Below are positions 26,101-37,639 of a stretch of 64,000 bases of DNA, piece after piece. The number at the start of each line of letters is the position of its first letter. Position 1 is the stretch's first letter. Under the pieces are notes generated by a model that worked only from the letters and a program-made list of their open reading frames with translations, had not been told where the DNA came from and ran no database searches. Made by a program: the position numbers and the translations under genes. This DNA comes from Fimbriosthenelais zetlandica (lineage: Eukaryota). The DNA is taken from contig OZ365115.1 of the NCBI GenBank assembly GCA_977030845.1, forward strand, positions 36,704,001 through 36,768,000, given 5' to 3'.

Positions 26101-29100
26101 ATGCCCAGATCTTGTCAGGATACAGACAAATGTCTTTTAGTAAATTCAGAAATATCTGCCAATTTTCTCTTAGAAAATTATTGTTTTTTTTAAAGATTTA
26201 TAAGCAAGGCAGTGCACAGCAGGTGAAGGGTTGTGCAATGCTTTTAAGATATCATTTTCAAAGTGTCTTTGTAGATTTTCAAATTTATATTATAATTAGT
26301 AATAATTTCTCTCTGCATCACTGCCATAGGTTCAGCTACAAAGGAGAACAAAATATAAAGCCATGCTTTACAAAACGACAGACAGACTCCTTCAGTTTCA
26401 CAACACATTGCAGGACTGCACTATAAAAGTTCAAACATACAAACGGAAAGTGTTTAAAAACCTAGGGTCTAGAGACATGAACGTATAAACATGGTGAGAG
26501 TATCACTCTAAGATTCTAATATCTAATAATAACACTGGCATAACGTTATGCACAACCAGGAGTGTGTGGTGGGGAGAGTCCCCCTTACCACCATTCTCAT
26601 CGCCATGACTCAGCAGTTCTTTATCACTCACTTTGTTTCTTCTTCCTCCTCTCTGAAGATTAAATCATATTATTTCTGTTGTCAATAATTGTTTATAAAC
26701 ATGCCTATCCATGTTCCTTTTAATAATCAGTAATAATTAGTTTCTGTTTTAATTAATTAGTATACATGTATTTGTTAGATATCTGATTTATTATAAAACC
26801 GTTATTTGATTTATTATAAAACCGTTATTTGATTTATTATAAAACAACCCCAATACAAACTCTTGGATTTCAAATCTCTCATTATTCGCCTCTCATTAGA
26901 GCCCAAATAATTTTGTGATTTTTCATTATTAAAAACACAATATTATCGTTAGCGGCTAGCTTGAGTTACCCGAAAAACAGGACTTGACACACCCTTTCAC
27001 ATTTCACATAGTAACATGTCAAGAAAAAAATCACTGAAATAGAAATATTGTTCATAAAAAGCACGAAGACAGAAACAGTAAAACATAGTTACATTACCTT
27101 AACAACAACAACAACAACAACAAACCAACAACACCACACAACATGAGCTACATCCATGCTTGGGGAGTGGGGGGGGGGGGGGGTGGTCCGCTATGGGGAA
27201 ATTGGGTTTATTTATAGTTCAGAAGGCCTTGATATGTTATTTGTGAGTTTTCATTGTTTCAGAGAGTCTAAATAAAGAGTCTGAGACTCGCTTGTTCCTC
27301 TTGAAAATTGAAATAAGAAAAAGGTAACTTTCAGGGCTTATTTTCTTCAGATCTTTTGGGCCAAGCACTTATTTTACTTTTCACAATAATTTAAAATTTT
27401 CAAATATGACTTCAATAAGGGGGGGTTGTGTAGAAATATAGTGCAGCACACACATACCCTGGTGCAGAATGTCAGGAAAATATTTCAAAAAGTGAAAATA
27501 TGTGTAGAAAACATGTGAGAGTTGAGTGAAATCACACACGGGGCTGTGTCTGGTATGTCTCATAATGAGTAATAGATCACAATGCTATCAGCCTCTCACA
27601 ATACTGTACAGGATGAATCAACTGTAAGAGAGAGCCAACTGTATAAGATCTTACAGGGCACTGGGCCTGTGCACAAATCAAGACAGTCAGGCAATGACTC
27701 AAAGAAAACAAATCTTCCTTTCTTGAGTACTACTTTCATACTGGTATTAGGAATTTTGTCTTTCTACAATGACTCAAAGAAGTTCTGCTCGTCTAACTGA
27801 TTCATTTCTCATCCCCTCCAGTTCCCAAAATCATCTAATTGCCAGCAGGGTGTAGGCTTTGAGGCCAAGAACCTCATATGTTCATCATTTGGACTATTTT
27901 CCTATCCCCGCAATGATAAAAGGTCACCGGAAGTGGCTCTTTCTCACCTCCTTTTAGGAGAGCGGAGCAAGACTTGCATGCCCTATTGGTTTATGACATA
28001 TTGAGGGTGTTGTACAAGCAAATCTTCGCGAGGGCAAGTGTCAACGAGGGTACCCTCTTTGTGTGATTGCATTGTACAGCTATGTTTGTGACAAAACAGT
28101 GCTTGGACAATGCAATGCAAGTAATTGTCCAATTCTTTTCAAGAATTGGAACAATGCAATCGCTCGGTGAAGGTACCCTCGTCGACCCTCTCCCTCGCCA
28201 AGATTTGGTTGTACAACAGGGGGTAATGCTAGGTGTGGCGAGGGCTCGCAGTGCTAGAGAGACCCTGGAGAGACTGTCGTGAGTTTGTGCAGCAGGTCGG
28301 CCCTACAATCTTTAAGCTCCATGCTCTGGACTCATTGTTCTGAATGTCTGTACATGGCAAGCTCTACTTACTTTGTGAACTGCTCCTCCCCTCTGAATAT
28401 CATTAAAAATTACCCAGAAATATATAACCTGGTTCTAAAAATGGTCAGTGATGAATAAATCAACTTGTAAAATGACGATCAAAAAAACAAAATGCCTGTT
28501 CTTAAGATATTCTGTTTCGTTTCTTTGTGCTGATATGGATTTATTTCTGTAGAAAGTTTAAATTGATTTGTCTTTGATTTAATTTAATCCTTGGTTCAAT
28601 GTTTTGATTGGGTCATGTCTTTCTAACGGGAGATTTTGTAATATACATTTTGGTCCAGCCTTATTGGGGATTGGTAAGTTTAGGACAGCTATATTAATGT
28701 ATTTAGGAACATGAAAAGACATAGATCTATACACTAAATGTTAGAGAAAAGTCTTATATACAGGTCTACATTAAAAGTCTACACCTTATAAAAAAAACTA
28801 CAACAATAATCTCAGGTCACATGCAACTTCATCAGAACAGACACCACAACATCAACAACTATATCCATATATAGACCAAATATTAAATCAATTCTAAAAT
28901 AGTTTTTTAGATAAACTACAGTTACTTTGTAAGACATTTCCACATAGAACATGTATACATATTACCATACAGTATTATAGTTATTTTTGTTGTTTATTAT
29001 TGAGTTATTTTATATCATGCAAATTAGAAATTAGAATGTGATTGTTTTCACGCTAGCATGCCAAGAGATAAAAGGAACATACTCCTCCTCGCTGGAATTC

Positions 29101-30651
29101 AACAATAACAATAAAATGCATTAAACTACAAACAAACAAACCATGAAATAATAAACAAATCGCAATGAAATGTTTAGCAACTGAAAGTGGAAAAGAATTA
29201 GTGATAAACATCACTGTATTCATTTTCCTTTCAAAGCAGCAGGTACAATACGATATACAAATCACACGAGTGTAATAATGAAAATATATATCATTTATAA
29301 AAATATACTTCAACTGAGATAAATTACTGGAAAAATATTTAAATATTTATATTCTTGTAATAAATTGTTCCCTGTTTCATATATAATTGAGATCTTAGTA
29401 GCAGCGGCCGCGCGCTCATGTCTGATGTTGGTCGCGCGTGGAGTAAGATGTGTTAAACTAGACTAAACTTAAACTCAGGCTGTTACAAAAAGCTAATGAT
29501 TCAAAATGACCAAATTATTACTGAAATGTTAAGATTAACTACAAATGTCAAGATTAACTACAAAAATAAAGGATGAATATAAACTGTCAAATGTTAACAG
29601 CAGTATGAGATAAACCGCGGCCAAATAATTTTTTTTAAGTTTTAGATTTTCAAAATAATTTCTAAAATTATACTAAAATTTCAGATCAAATTGGTTCCGA
29701 AAAAGGTTCTACTCTATGTATTCAAATAATAGGAAGATTTCACAGGTCAATAACTGATGGTTTTGTTTTAATCAAAGAATTTCAGGAGGTTTTTCACTAC
29801 TAAGAAAAGTGGGAAAGTAATGTTGGTATGCCATTTTTCTATGGCCGATTTTGGCCAAATAAAATTAGTAAAACGAAGAGGTCTTTTCAATAGATGACCC
29901 TATTGAATGTATGGGGAATGTAAGTGTTTTAAGAGTAGGGTACTATCTACTGTATCTAGAGTATGAGAAATCTACGTCGTGTAAAGTTTATATTTAACAC
30001 TAGTCAGACAAGAAAACGCGCAGCCAAAGCACAAAGATAAACAGAATGAAACTGGCAGAACACATGCAGCTCTATAGCAGTATTATACACAAATACATGG
30101 ATTATACTCCATATATTGAACTATAGTCAGGAGCGCAATTATTGTACATGTACACTCTTAAACCTACTGTATGTAAACGGCAATTTACTGTTTATTAACA
30201 GTGAAAGCCGTTGCCTGGCTAAAAGATCTAGTAAATCTAGGCCATCCTTTTGAAAGACAGTTGCTGATCAGTTGCAAATTTGGCAAGATTTGGTTTGAAT
30301 ATTAATGGCAACAAATTGCAACTGAACAGCAACATTGTGCAACAATATACGTTATACATGGAAGTCCAGCCAAGTTTGTTCCGAATATAGCCATGAAAAT
30401 CTTCAAACTCAATATACAGAGCAATTCACTGTATTTGCTGTAGATTTTACAATAAGGTTTTAGAGTGTACGTCATATTAATATTGGCATCGTTAACTCTT
30501 TCCATGCAAGCTGAAAGAGAATATTTACAATTTAGGAAGAAATATGAAGGAGAAATGCTTGCGCGGGGGGGAGGTTGATTTATTTCACATCTAATGCAAA
30601 CCGGAAGTGAAATATTGCCTACCCGGACATAACTTCCTCCTCGTCAGACAT
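10977..30651 (-). CDS. TnT: Troponin T, invertebrate (mollusc/annelid-type), spliced CDS of about 371-373 aa with all optional exons
   Basis: Exons joined in consistent phase: 30651-30623, 29091-29083, 28392-28372, 27666-27655, 26652-26632, 24893-24876, 22937-22899, 21006-21001, 19168-19117, [18311-18189 or 17627-17499], 16450-16364, 15961-15821, 14804-14583, 12546-12503, 12266-12228, 12001-11965, 11192-10977. Sum with the 123-nt alternative is 1116 nt (372 codons including stop). The protein has TnT hallmarks MSDEEE, EAEKRAILAQRIQPLDISG, LESEKYDLEKRFKEQQYD, MMELAERAR and SKFERQQDKRDY. Confidence 0.95.
11965..12001 (-). CDS. TnT: TnT exon (SDPIQEKFAGAP)
   Basis: ctttacag acceptor, GTGAGT donor, 37 nt, phase 2 to 0. 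Confidence 0.92.
12228..12266 (-). CDS. TnT: TnT exon (RGGLKRVQMGPD)
   Basis: ctctttcag acceptor, GTGAGT donor, 39 nt, phase 2 to 2. Confidence 0.92.
12503..12546 (-). CDS. TnT: TnT exon (MMELAERARAVNQVG)
   Basis: ggacag acceptor, GTAAGA donor, 44 nt, phase 0 to 2. Confidence 0.93.
14312..14398. repeat. 15-bp tandem repeat (TAATAATGTTGTCTT) about 5-6 copies
   Basis: Directly visible tandem units in the TnT intron. Confidence 0.9.
14583..14804 (-). CDS. TnT: TnT core exon (ADAGDDEG...EAEKRAILAQRIQPLDISG...KEQQYD)
   Basis: ttgtag acceptor, GTAAGT donor, 222 nt, phase 0 to 0. Encodes the coiled-coil (IT-arm) region. Confidence 0.96.
15821..15961 (-). CDS. TnT: TnT exon (EERKRKKEEEE...NFVISKRDTPPGQ)
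   Basis: gttcacag acceptor, GTGAGT donor, 141 nt. NFVISK is typical of protostome TnT. Confidence 0.94.
16364..16450 (-). CDS. TnT: TnT exon (EQRKKERQEEEQRLAEKRSEDDARRKAEE)
   Basis: aaatttag acceptor, weak GTCGGT donor required by phase, 87 nt. Confidence 0.88.
17057..17130. repeat. 20-bp tandem repeat (TTTTAGGTTCATAATGGAAA) about 3.5 copies
   Basis: Directly visible. Confidence 0.9.
17499..17627 (-). CDS. TnT: TnT mutually exclusive exon B (KRRAGAGGASSEDMDEAARELLEANKIERARMEEEINELRSRS)
   Basis: ggtaacag acceptor, GTAAGA donor, 129 nt, phase 0 to 0. Paralogous to exon A. Confidence 0.9.
17678..17730. repeat. 12-bp tandem repeat (TCTACCCCGCGG) x4
   Basis: Directly visible, in the intron between the two TnT alternative exons. 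Confidence 0.9.
18189..18311 (-). CDS. TnT: TnT mutually exclusive exon A (RRREQLGNIAGVDEQTMELLELARQEREREAEEIQVLRERR)
   Basis: cccatccag acceptor, GTAAGT donor, 123 nt, phase 0 to 0. Shares the DE..ELLE...ER...EEI..LR.R pattern with exon B. Confidence 0.9.
18565..18672. mobile_element. Fold-back derivative of the Kolobok-like MITE
   Basis: 22-bp inverted arms 18578-18599 and 18637-18658 (one mismatch) enclosing the reverse complement of the family core. Confidence 0.7.
19117..19168 (-). CDS. TnT: TnT exon (MAPPEDSGPSEAELAMQ)
   Basis: ttcttctcag acceptor, GTATGA donor, 52 nt, phase 2 to 0. SEAELAM motif as in molluscan TnT. Confidence 0.9.
21001..21006 (-). CDS. TnT: TnT 6-nt microexon (ATCCGA)
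   Basis: Long pyrimidine tract and CTAAT branch-like motif, tgtttcag acceptor, GTAAGA donor. Phase 2 to 2. Confidence 0.7.
21410..21890. repeat. GA-rich microsatellite block
   Basis: Degenerate (GA)n / (GAGACA)n tract. Confidence 0.9.
22899..22937 (-). CDS. TnT: TnT 39-nt exon (EEGEDEPKSPVR)
   Basis: tttttttgccag acceptor, GTAAGC donor, phase 2 to 2, open and acidic. Confidence 0.82.
24876..24893 (-). CDS. TnT: TnT 18-nt microexon (SDVED)
   Basis: gttattcag acceptor after a long pyrimidine tract, GTAAGT donor, phase 2 to 2. Confidence 0.82.
26632..26652 (-). CDS. TnT: TnT 21-nt microexon (EEEEET)
   Basis: aatcttcag acceptor, GTGAGT donor, phase 2 to 2. Confidence 0.78.
27655..27666 (-). 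CDS. TnT: Candidate TnT 12-nt microexon (PSA)
   Basis: CTGAC branch-like motif, tgtgcacag acceptor, GTAAGA donor, phase 2 to 2. Weaker pyrimidine tract and not acidic. Confidence 0.5.
28372..28392 (-). CDS. TnT: TnT 21-nt microexon (GEEQFT)
   Basis: gatattcag acceptor, GTAAGT donor, phase 2 to 2. Same length and ACAAA ending as 26632-26652. Confidence 0.75.
29083..29091 (-). CDS. TnT: TnT 9-nt microexon (CGAGGAGGA)
   Basis: gaattccag acceptor, GTATGT donor, phase 2 to 2, encodes EE. Confidence 0.72.
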
Positions 30652-30689
30652 TGTGGTGGTTTAGTAGTCGAAAACTATGTACAAAAATC
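30623..30689 (-). CDS. TnT: TnT start-codon exon (ATG at 30651; MSDEEEVMSG)
   Basis: ctttttttacag acceptor at 30689, CCACAATGT start context, GTAGGC donor in phase 2. Confidence 0.9.
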
Positions 30690-32051
30690 CTGTAAAAAAA
30701 GAGTGAAATCTTCAGAAAAAAAAACCAAGGAGCAAAGTGTAGTGATGAGTGGATGGACAATGAGTGTGTAGTGACACAGGTGGCCACTAGGTGCCACCAC
30801 AAGTGGCTCATATAGCCAGTCCATGCATGTTCATATATCAAAGCAAAATATACATTATATAGACTCTCAGTGACATTTATCAAAGTAAACCTGAAAAGGA
30901 AACGGTGGAGAAATGACACAATAGGAGCCCAGGTTCTTTTATCATGTTTCGTATGGCATACTGCTAACTTCTAGGCAGACTTATTGCAATATTAACAATA
31001 TTACTGAAGTAACTAATGTTGTATGATTTCTGTTATAAAGAAGTCAATAGTTCGTAGTATATGTTCCCTACTCTAGAATATATTCCTTGAGTCTGAGGTG
31101 GACTCACAGGGAGATGGAGTCACAGAGATGGACAATTTAAGGTAAAACACTTCTAAGATAATCCTGTGTAAAACTAAAATGGGTCTAAAATGGACTTCTC
31201 TGGGTCTGATACTGTGAGAGGAAGGAGGAGTACCGGACTAGTGGGTCAAGGTACCACCAGGTGTCCATGGCAATGTGTTCCTCCACCCTTCAACATTTCT
31301 AGGACTCCCTCCTCCCAGCTGCTGGAAGGGGAGGGGGCTAGAGGGGGGCTGGGGCACTCATAACCAATGTGGGACCAATCTGAAGCTAAGTGGGTACTTA
31401 TGCTATTTCTGAGCAATAGTTAGTACATATGATTGTAGACCCGACTCAGGTATTTCCAATTGAAAACAGCTTTCCTTGTTTCAATGCCCTTTTCGCGAGA
31501 AATAATGAGAAAACCTGAATAGATTGAAAATGAGCACCCGCTTTCTTTCTGAGTACCCTACTCGGGGATGTGATGGAGGGTATTCGGGTATAAAGTAGGT
31601 TTAGGGGAAGGACGAAGGTCACCATGGAAACGGGGTGTTAGGGTCAGATTTCCAGAGGTTTCCAGGCGAAGGGGCGGGGGCTGGGGTAGGGGGGCTAGGG
31701 GCTGGGGGCGTGGCTGGCGGGGTAACTGGTGAACTTTTGATTTGTAAAAGTGAATATATATTGACATTCATGATCTGGAAAGTTCGGAACCTTTCTAAAG
31801 ATAAGTTTCAATGAGTTAGAGAATATATTAAACATTATTTTTCTCATTTCCTCTTCCTAGAAGAGCTCCGCGTTTCTCGGCGTTCTCACAAGGAGCATTT
31901 CAAGGTCACTTTGACCTACTGACCCACATGTTTGAATTGCTCGCGACCAGCGTTAGGAAAACTACAGTTTTTTGTATTTTGGTGGGATTTTAATTGGTAT
32001 TTTACACATTTAGACTTTAGAATAGAATCTGTGGGTTTGTTGAGCGGTTAC

Positions 32052-32146
32052 TTTAAGCTATGAGCAGCTCTAGGCCTGCCTGGGAGCAGTAGGGACTCCT
32101 GCAGCTAACAGCTCAGTCAGAGAGTTGCTCAGTCAGCTATTTATAG
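32052..32146 (-). promoter_or_regulatory. Putative TnT core promoter (TATA/MEF2 box CTATAAATAG at 32146-32137) and non-coding exon 1 ending at 32052
   Basis: The box fits both TATA and MEF2 YTA(W)4TAR. An AA|GTAACC donor lies about 85 nt downstream. The next acceptor is the ATG exon. Confidence 0.5.
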
Positions 32147-32739
32147 TCCTGAGTACCTCATACGTTCCCAACTTGGGCAGAGACTTCAACTACAAGGTTA
32201 ATAGACTCCAGAACATACGCCCTTTATACACCCTCTCAGATCTACTAATATCTAATCAATTTTGCTCATTTTCTTTTCATTTTGTCCTGATTTTAGCATT
32301 CATTTCATAAATAAAGACCTAAGATAAGTGCACCAAAAAGTAGATGAAAAAGAAATCATTTTTAATGGATTTTCTTTTCAAATGTTGCTTTGGAAAGGTA
32401 CTGGTTGCCTTGGAAACAGTTCGAAATGCTTGAGATAGGAACGAAATTCAGGAAAGATCTTTATAGTACTGCTTATCTTGTCCTTATCTTCATAAAAAAT
32501 TTACTAAAATTTGACTTTTTTTATCACCAGCACGAAAAGCGTCCAAAGAACCTTCTTTGAGCGGAATGACCTTTACTAATTCGTGATTAATTTGCCCAAA
32601 ATGAGAGAATAACATGATCTGGCCCACAAATTGGACGTGGATGGATGTGAGAAGGACACGGATACATGGGTGAAGAGCATATAATGTAGCGCAGCAAGCC
32701 TGGCCAGAAAAACGAAAATAAATCCACCGGTGGGGGCGG

Positions 32740-32749
32740 TTATTTTTAG
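32740..32749. promoter_or_regulatory. MEF2-type site TTATTTTTAG next to a GC box
   Basis: Matches YTA(W)4TAR and is preceded by GGGGGCGG, about 0.6 kb upstream of the putative TnT TATA. Confidence 0.45.
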
Positions 32750-34089
32750 TTGCTCATTCGGCCGCCATATTGGAGGGCGCTGGTCGCAGCTCAACCTAGC
32801 GGCGAGTAGAGCAATGATGACAGGCTGTATCCTTACAGATTAACATGGTAACCATACATCCTAATCCTCGATACAATCAATCCATACAGAGGACATGAAG
32901 GTCACTAATCCAGAACATTAATCCACAGGGGTAAAGTCTGCTCTTTGGTTTTATCAAAATAGTCAATATTTAAGTCGTACTGGGGCATAATCCCGTAGGA
33001 ATGGTCATGTAGATTTAGATTTACGTGGAAGCCATGGTTGATATTTCAGTCCACGCCGACCAGCAGCAGCGTAAAATCCTCCATTATCATACAAACATCG
33101 TGTATAGTCTTGGTAGGAAATGGCAGATAATAATAGCAGATAATAATAGTAAGTGAAGTGTTCCATGAGATGCGGTATAATCCACTCGTTCACACACACA
33201 CACCTGGCAATAATTCCCACATCAAAATACAATCACAGATAAATCCTCAATTACACTTTGGACAAATTAAAATTAAATCAAATCGGGGAAAAGATCAGGA
33301 ATCAAATAGTAATCGTATTCCAAGTCATGTCGCAGAACACGCGTCGAACCCCGGGGGGGTGGGGGGTGGGGCAGGAGACCCGATACACGAAAAAAATACC
33401 GCACAGACCTCCACAGCTATTAACACCCAATACAAGTCTCTATTTTACTCCAAAAACGCACAGATTTTACCCCCAAAAAAGTATAAAAGATGACCAAATG
33501 ATCCAGTGGTAGGTAGAAGGTTGGTAGATGGAGAAAAACTGGTGAAAATGTTGAGGGAAATGTAAGATTTTGGGAGGAATACTAACCTGGTCCAACTGTA
33601 AGGACTGACAGGCGCTACTGCAGTGCTGGTTGTTAAGAGAGAGTAAAGCTCCAAGCCCCGGTAAACAAGATGGCGTCCGACTCGCCTGTGGAATGTATGG
33701 GGTGTGGGAAGAGAGGCGCTCTGAGCTGCTTCAACTTCACCTAGCGGCCTTCAAGTAAACTAATCCATGCCCTCCATCTTCTTTTCTCGGCAACCTATTC
33801 TAGGAAGTCTACTCCCTTCACTAGGGTGGACGGTGAGTAGGCGGGGGCTACTCTATTTTAACTTTCCTTTTAATAATTAATAACATAATATCACCAACAT
33901 GTACATAGACTCTCTAGACTCATGTATTATGTGCTTTACATTCTTGCTGAGTCATTCATTTAATATGAAGAAATAATAAGTCGGAAGTGATCCCCATTTC
34001 TGTTCACATCCCACCTATCACCCCTTTATTTAGAACATGAATGGACTCGTCCACAAGCCAAGGTAAACTGCATTCACAGGGACCTAAAT

Positions 34090-34220
34090 AAATCCCGCCC
34101 AGAGAGCCCTGAGCTGCTCGCACTGCGCATGCCCAGCGAGTAGCTCTACTCCTTATATAGCAAGACCGGAAACACTGGGTTACCATGGTGCTCAGCTATA
34201 GGCTGGGGCGGGGCGGGGAG
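34090..34220. promoter_or_regulatory. Promoter/enhancer-like motif cluster
   Basis: CCCGCCC, NRF1-like TGCGCATGC (34124-34132), near-CArG CCTTATATAG (34151-34160), CCGGAAA, X-box-like GTTACCATGG (34179) and GGGGCGGGGCGGGG within 130 bp. Confidence 0.45.
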
Positions 34221-34549
34221 CTTACTAACAATGTGGACACACATACCCTCCCCATGGTGGTTCAAAGGCTATCTTTCCTTCCCAACTGACAAGCAATTCA
34301 TTTGGAAACTCAATTCAGAACCCAGTAAATGCTTAGGCCTACTCGCTTCAGTCAGGGGTCCTGAAATGCTTATTTTCAAGAAAGGGTATGCTTATCTGAA
34401 CAAAATAAGTCTATTTCCCAAGAAAAAATTGGCATTTTTGCAAAAGAAACACTAATATTGAAGCCTATGAACTAGAATAGGTAACCAAGTTGGTTGTAGG
34501 TGCCTTCTAGGACCCTTGGTCGTTCCTCTAGGCCTCGCCCTCCATCGCT

Positions 34550-34625
34550 CGCCCTCCTTCCTCCAACCCCTTCCTCCACCCCTTCCTCCACCCCTTCCTC
34601 CACCCCTTCCTCCTCTTCCACCCTC
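34550..34625. repeat. 12-bp tandem repeat (CCTTCCTCCACC) about 4 copies
   Basis: Directly visible. Confidence 0.85.
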
Positions 34626-35360
34626 AACTTTTACCTTCCCACTCAATCTCACCACCTCTTCTTGGTTGCTATGACAACAAGCAGACCTGGAAGTAGCTAG
34701 CTCGACTTGAGCCCAGTCTACGATAAAAATAGGGTTGAAAATATTATACCTTAATATACGGGGGGCATTCTTAAACGTTAAGTTATGCTGGGTTGTCATA
34801 CACTTTACCAGTCCCGTATCCCATATCAAATATTGAATATCAAAACCAATTCTGGTAGCAATGAAATAAAAATGTATGCTGTATTTCATAATATGCATTT
34901 ATAGCGCACCTATTATGAAATAGCCTAGGTTTCTAAACCTTGCAAACCATAAGATATCATAAAAATATCATGGCATTTATTTTTAGAAAATTGAGAAACT
35001 TTCAATAGATCCTGCATATTTGAAGGGGAGTTAAGACAAGAATACCAGGCCTAGAATTAAAAAGATCCTGACTAAATATTGGCAGCAGATGGGGAGGAAT
35101 TCAGTACTATATATTTTGATGAGAGACTTCCGCGTGGTCTGGCTAACAGGGGTTGGTTGATATCAAAAGCAAACCTGGTGCTACAGGGGAATAAAATGTG
35201 TACAAGTAAACTATAAAACCAGTGTGGGAGAGGGAGGGGGAGGGGGAGGGGGGAGGGGGGAGGGGAAGGGGGAGGGGGAGACGATCAGGCGTGGGAGAGC
35301 TGCTCAGTAGACTTGCTTCAAGCCCCACACCAATTATTATAATGAAGTCACTCATCCAGA

Positions 35361-35565
35361 GTCATTGCCTTGCCATTCTTGCAGCTTTTCATTGCATTTA
35401 TCGACTTGCTTTATGTGATAGGAGGTCCCCTGCCTTGTTGCAGTAGTGGAGCCACACACTCAAAACAACTAAAAGAGTTCCAAGCAGTAAAAACCCAAGT
35501 GGAGCTGGCCTATAATAGCCTCAATTGCAATTGCAGCAAGAAAATTGCAATGAAAAGTTCCAAAA
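35361..35565 (+). mobile_element. MITE-like element; inverted sister copy at 37855-38002
   Basis: Internal TIR CTTTTCATTGCA ... TGCAATGAAAAG. About 70 bp (CAAGTGGAGCTGGCCTAT...GCAGCAAGAAAA-TGCAATGA) is present in reverse at 37861-37932. Confidence 0.65.
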
Positions 35566-37497
35566 ATCCCTCGTAACAAGTATTCTTAATCTATGGGAAT
35601 CTCAGTCTACTTTAAACGTAGAAAACCTTGGAAATCCTTTTCAAGTTTGACCTAGGAAGGCCTTCAACATTAACTATGTTATTAAAAAATCATTGAACTG
35701 ATTTGTTTTTAATTCCTGGCTTATTTTTGACTGGAAACCCAGACAGATGTGCACGTGCGTTGTGTCTGTCTGGGCTAACCTGCAGGTACACCTCGTCAGG
35801 ATTTATGTATTGTTATTGCGTTTCTCGCTCATTAGACTTTTTGTCACTGTCTCGGTTTTTCCTGCAGGTTAGTCCACCAGACTCGCATCCCGTGTCCTGG
35901 GGTAGAGTTTATGGGATGTTTCAGGTTAATAGATAGAACTGACCGAGGGTAGGCCTGGGGTGGGGCATGCCCCTAGGCCTGAGGGTGGAGGGATGTCCCA
36001 ATGGCAAAACAGACTTATAATTGCACAGGAGTCTCTATAGATGGAAGCCATTGTTTTGGGTTGAAATCATGTGTTCCTAAATAGCTGAATATCTATTACA
36101 TCTAAGATAATGCCGAGAAAGCCTGGATATTTTCCTAGAAGTAGGGGACAGGCATGTTATCAATATAGATCCAGTGGGCCATCAAGATTTCAATATCTTA
36201 ATGATAGCCTAGTTAAAGAAAAAACAAGAACAGTAAAAAGAGCAAGAACATGAATAACAAGAACAAAAGGAGGAGGAAAGAGAGGAAATGAAAAGGAAGA
36301 GGAGAAATGGGAAGAAACTCATTATGGAAGCTGTAAGATTTCAGTAAAGTATTTCTAAGTTACAGTGTATTGTCATCAACCAGAATGATAGGCGGGCTAG
36401 GCAATGATAGGTTTCAGTATAGAGACTTTCCATGTGACAGCTTATTGCCATCAAACACATTGACAGGCAGGCTGGGCATTGACAGGCAGGCTATAGGCTG
36501 GCTGTGTACTCATACACTAACATTAGTCACATATCAGGAGGTCGATCACAGCTCAAAACCTCCCAGATGTTCTCCTCAACCAAACTCACAGAAAAACAAG
36601 ACCTAGAGATGCTGGTCCAAATTATCTCTGATATCCACAACAAACCATGGTTCTCTAACCCTCCCCCCCCCATAACCCACCCCCCACCCCCCTCTAACCC
36701 TCCCCCAGCCCACACTTTCACTGTATCAGCGCCTAGAAACAAGCAGGGTTGCCATGGTAACCAGAGATTAGCCGTTGCTATGGTATTATCACCCTGCTTC
36801 ACGATCTAACGCCACGTGCGTGACTTGGAGGGGGAGGATTTTATTTATATATTTTATTGTTTTTTTCTCTTTTAGCTAATGTAAAGGTGATGTAGGGTTG
36901 GCTGTTTTGCCAGCAGGACTTCCACGTCAATAGAGGGAGGCTTGGCAACGGGGTCTAATGATGCTAACCCAGCTAGGCTGCCTCCTACTATACTACCTAC
37001 ATCATATACTGACTATTATACTATATACTAGAGGGGTTATATGATTTGTAATATAGAACATGTAAAATACGGGATATTCAAACCATGTGAATTAAGTAGA
37101 CCTTGGACCGAAATTTGAAAATATTGGTGTATAATATATTGCCCTATCCCATCACATAAAATATTTAAATTTTCATTAGAAATTGCACAGGTCTAATAAC
37201 AGGCCCTTGTACAATAAGATATCAATATTGCAACCAAAACCTTCCGGTTGTTGGGATGTGAATAAATAAATATTCAAAATAATTGATACAAAAGTAGGCC
37301 CCACATTTTATACTGCTTCACCGGCCATCGCCCTCCTTCCCCGTGAAGCCATTTTAAAGTGGATTCAGGATGAAGTTTAAGGTTTCCAGCAGTCATGTAG
37401 TACGTTATAATGTTTTCCCGGGGTTGAACCTGGAGTTAAACCAAGCCTGGAGCTAGCAGACATGGAGGTGTAGAGGAGGATGTTTATCTTTACCCGA

Positions 37498-37507
37498 CTA
37501 TAAATAG
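37498..37507. promoter_or_regulatory. MEF2-type site CTATAAATAG
   Basis: Identical 10-mer to the putative TnT TATA/MEF2 box (opposite strand), same GA flank. Confidence 0.4.
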
Positions 37508-37639
37508 TGGCTTCCCATGCTGGTACAGGTGGCTTACCCGGCCAGCCTGCTCCAAACCACTTGGCACCTCTCACTGTCTGCTTCTACTGTAGCCTTTCAT
37601 CCATTAGGCCCAGTCCTAACCCTAAAGTCTGTACTCCAC

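Noticed and set aside
30497-30510. 14-nt candidate microexon after a good acceptor
   Set aside because: Weak GTTAAC donor and it would break the frame.
33670-33744. AAGATGGCG-started mini-ORF MASDSPVECMGCGKRGALSC; also TGGAATGTA, the 5' end of miR-1
   Set aside because: Only 24 codons with no usable donor. The miR-1 match stops after 9 nt and has no hairpin. I found no miR-1 or miR-133 sequence in the window by eye.
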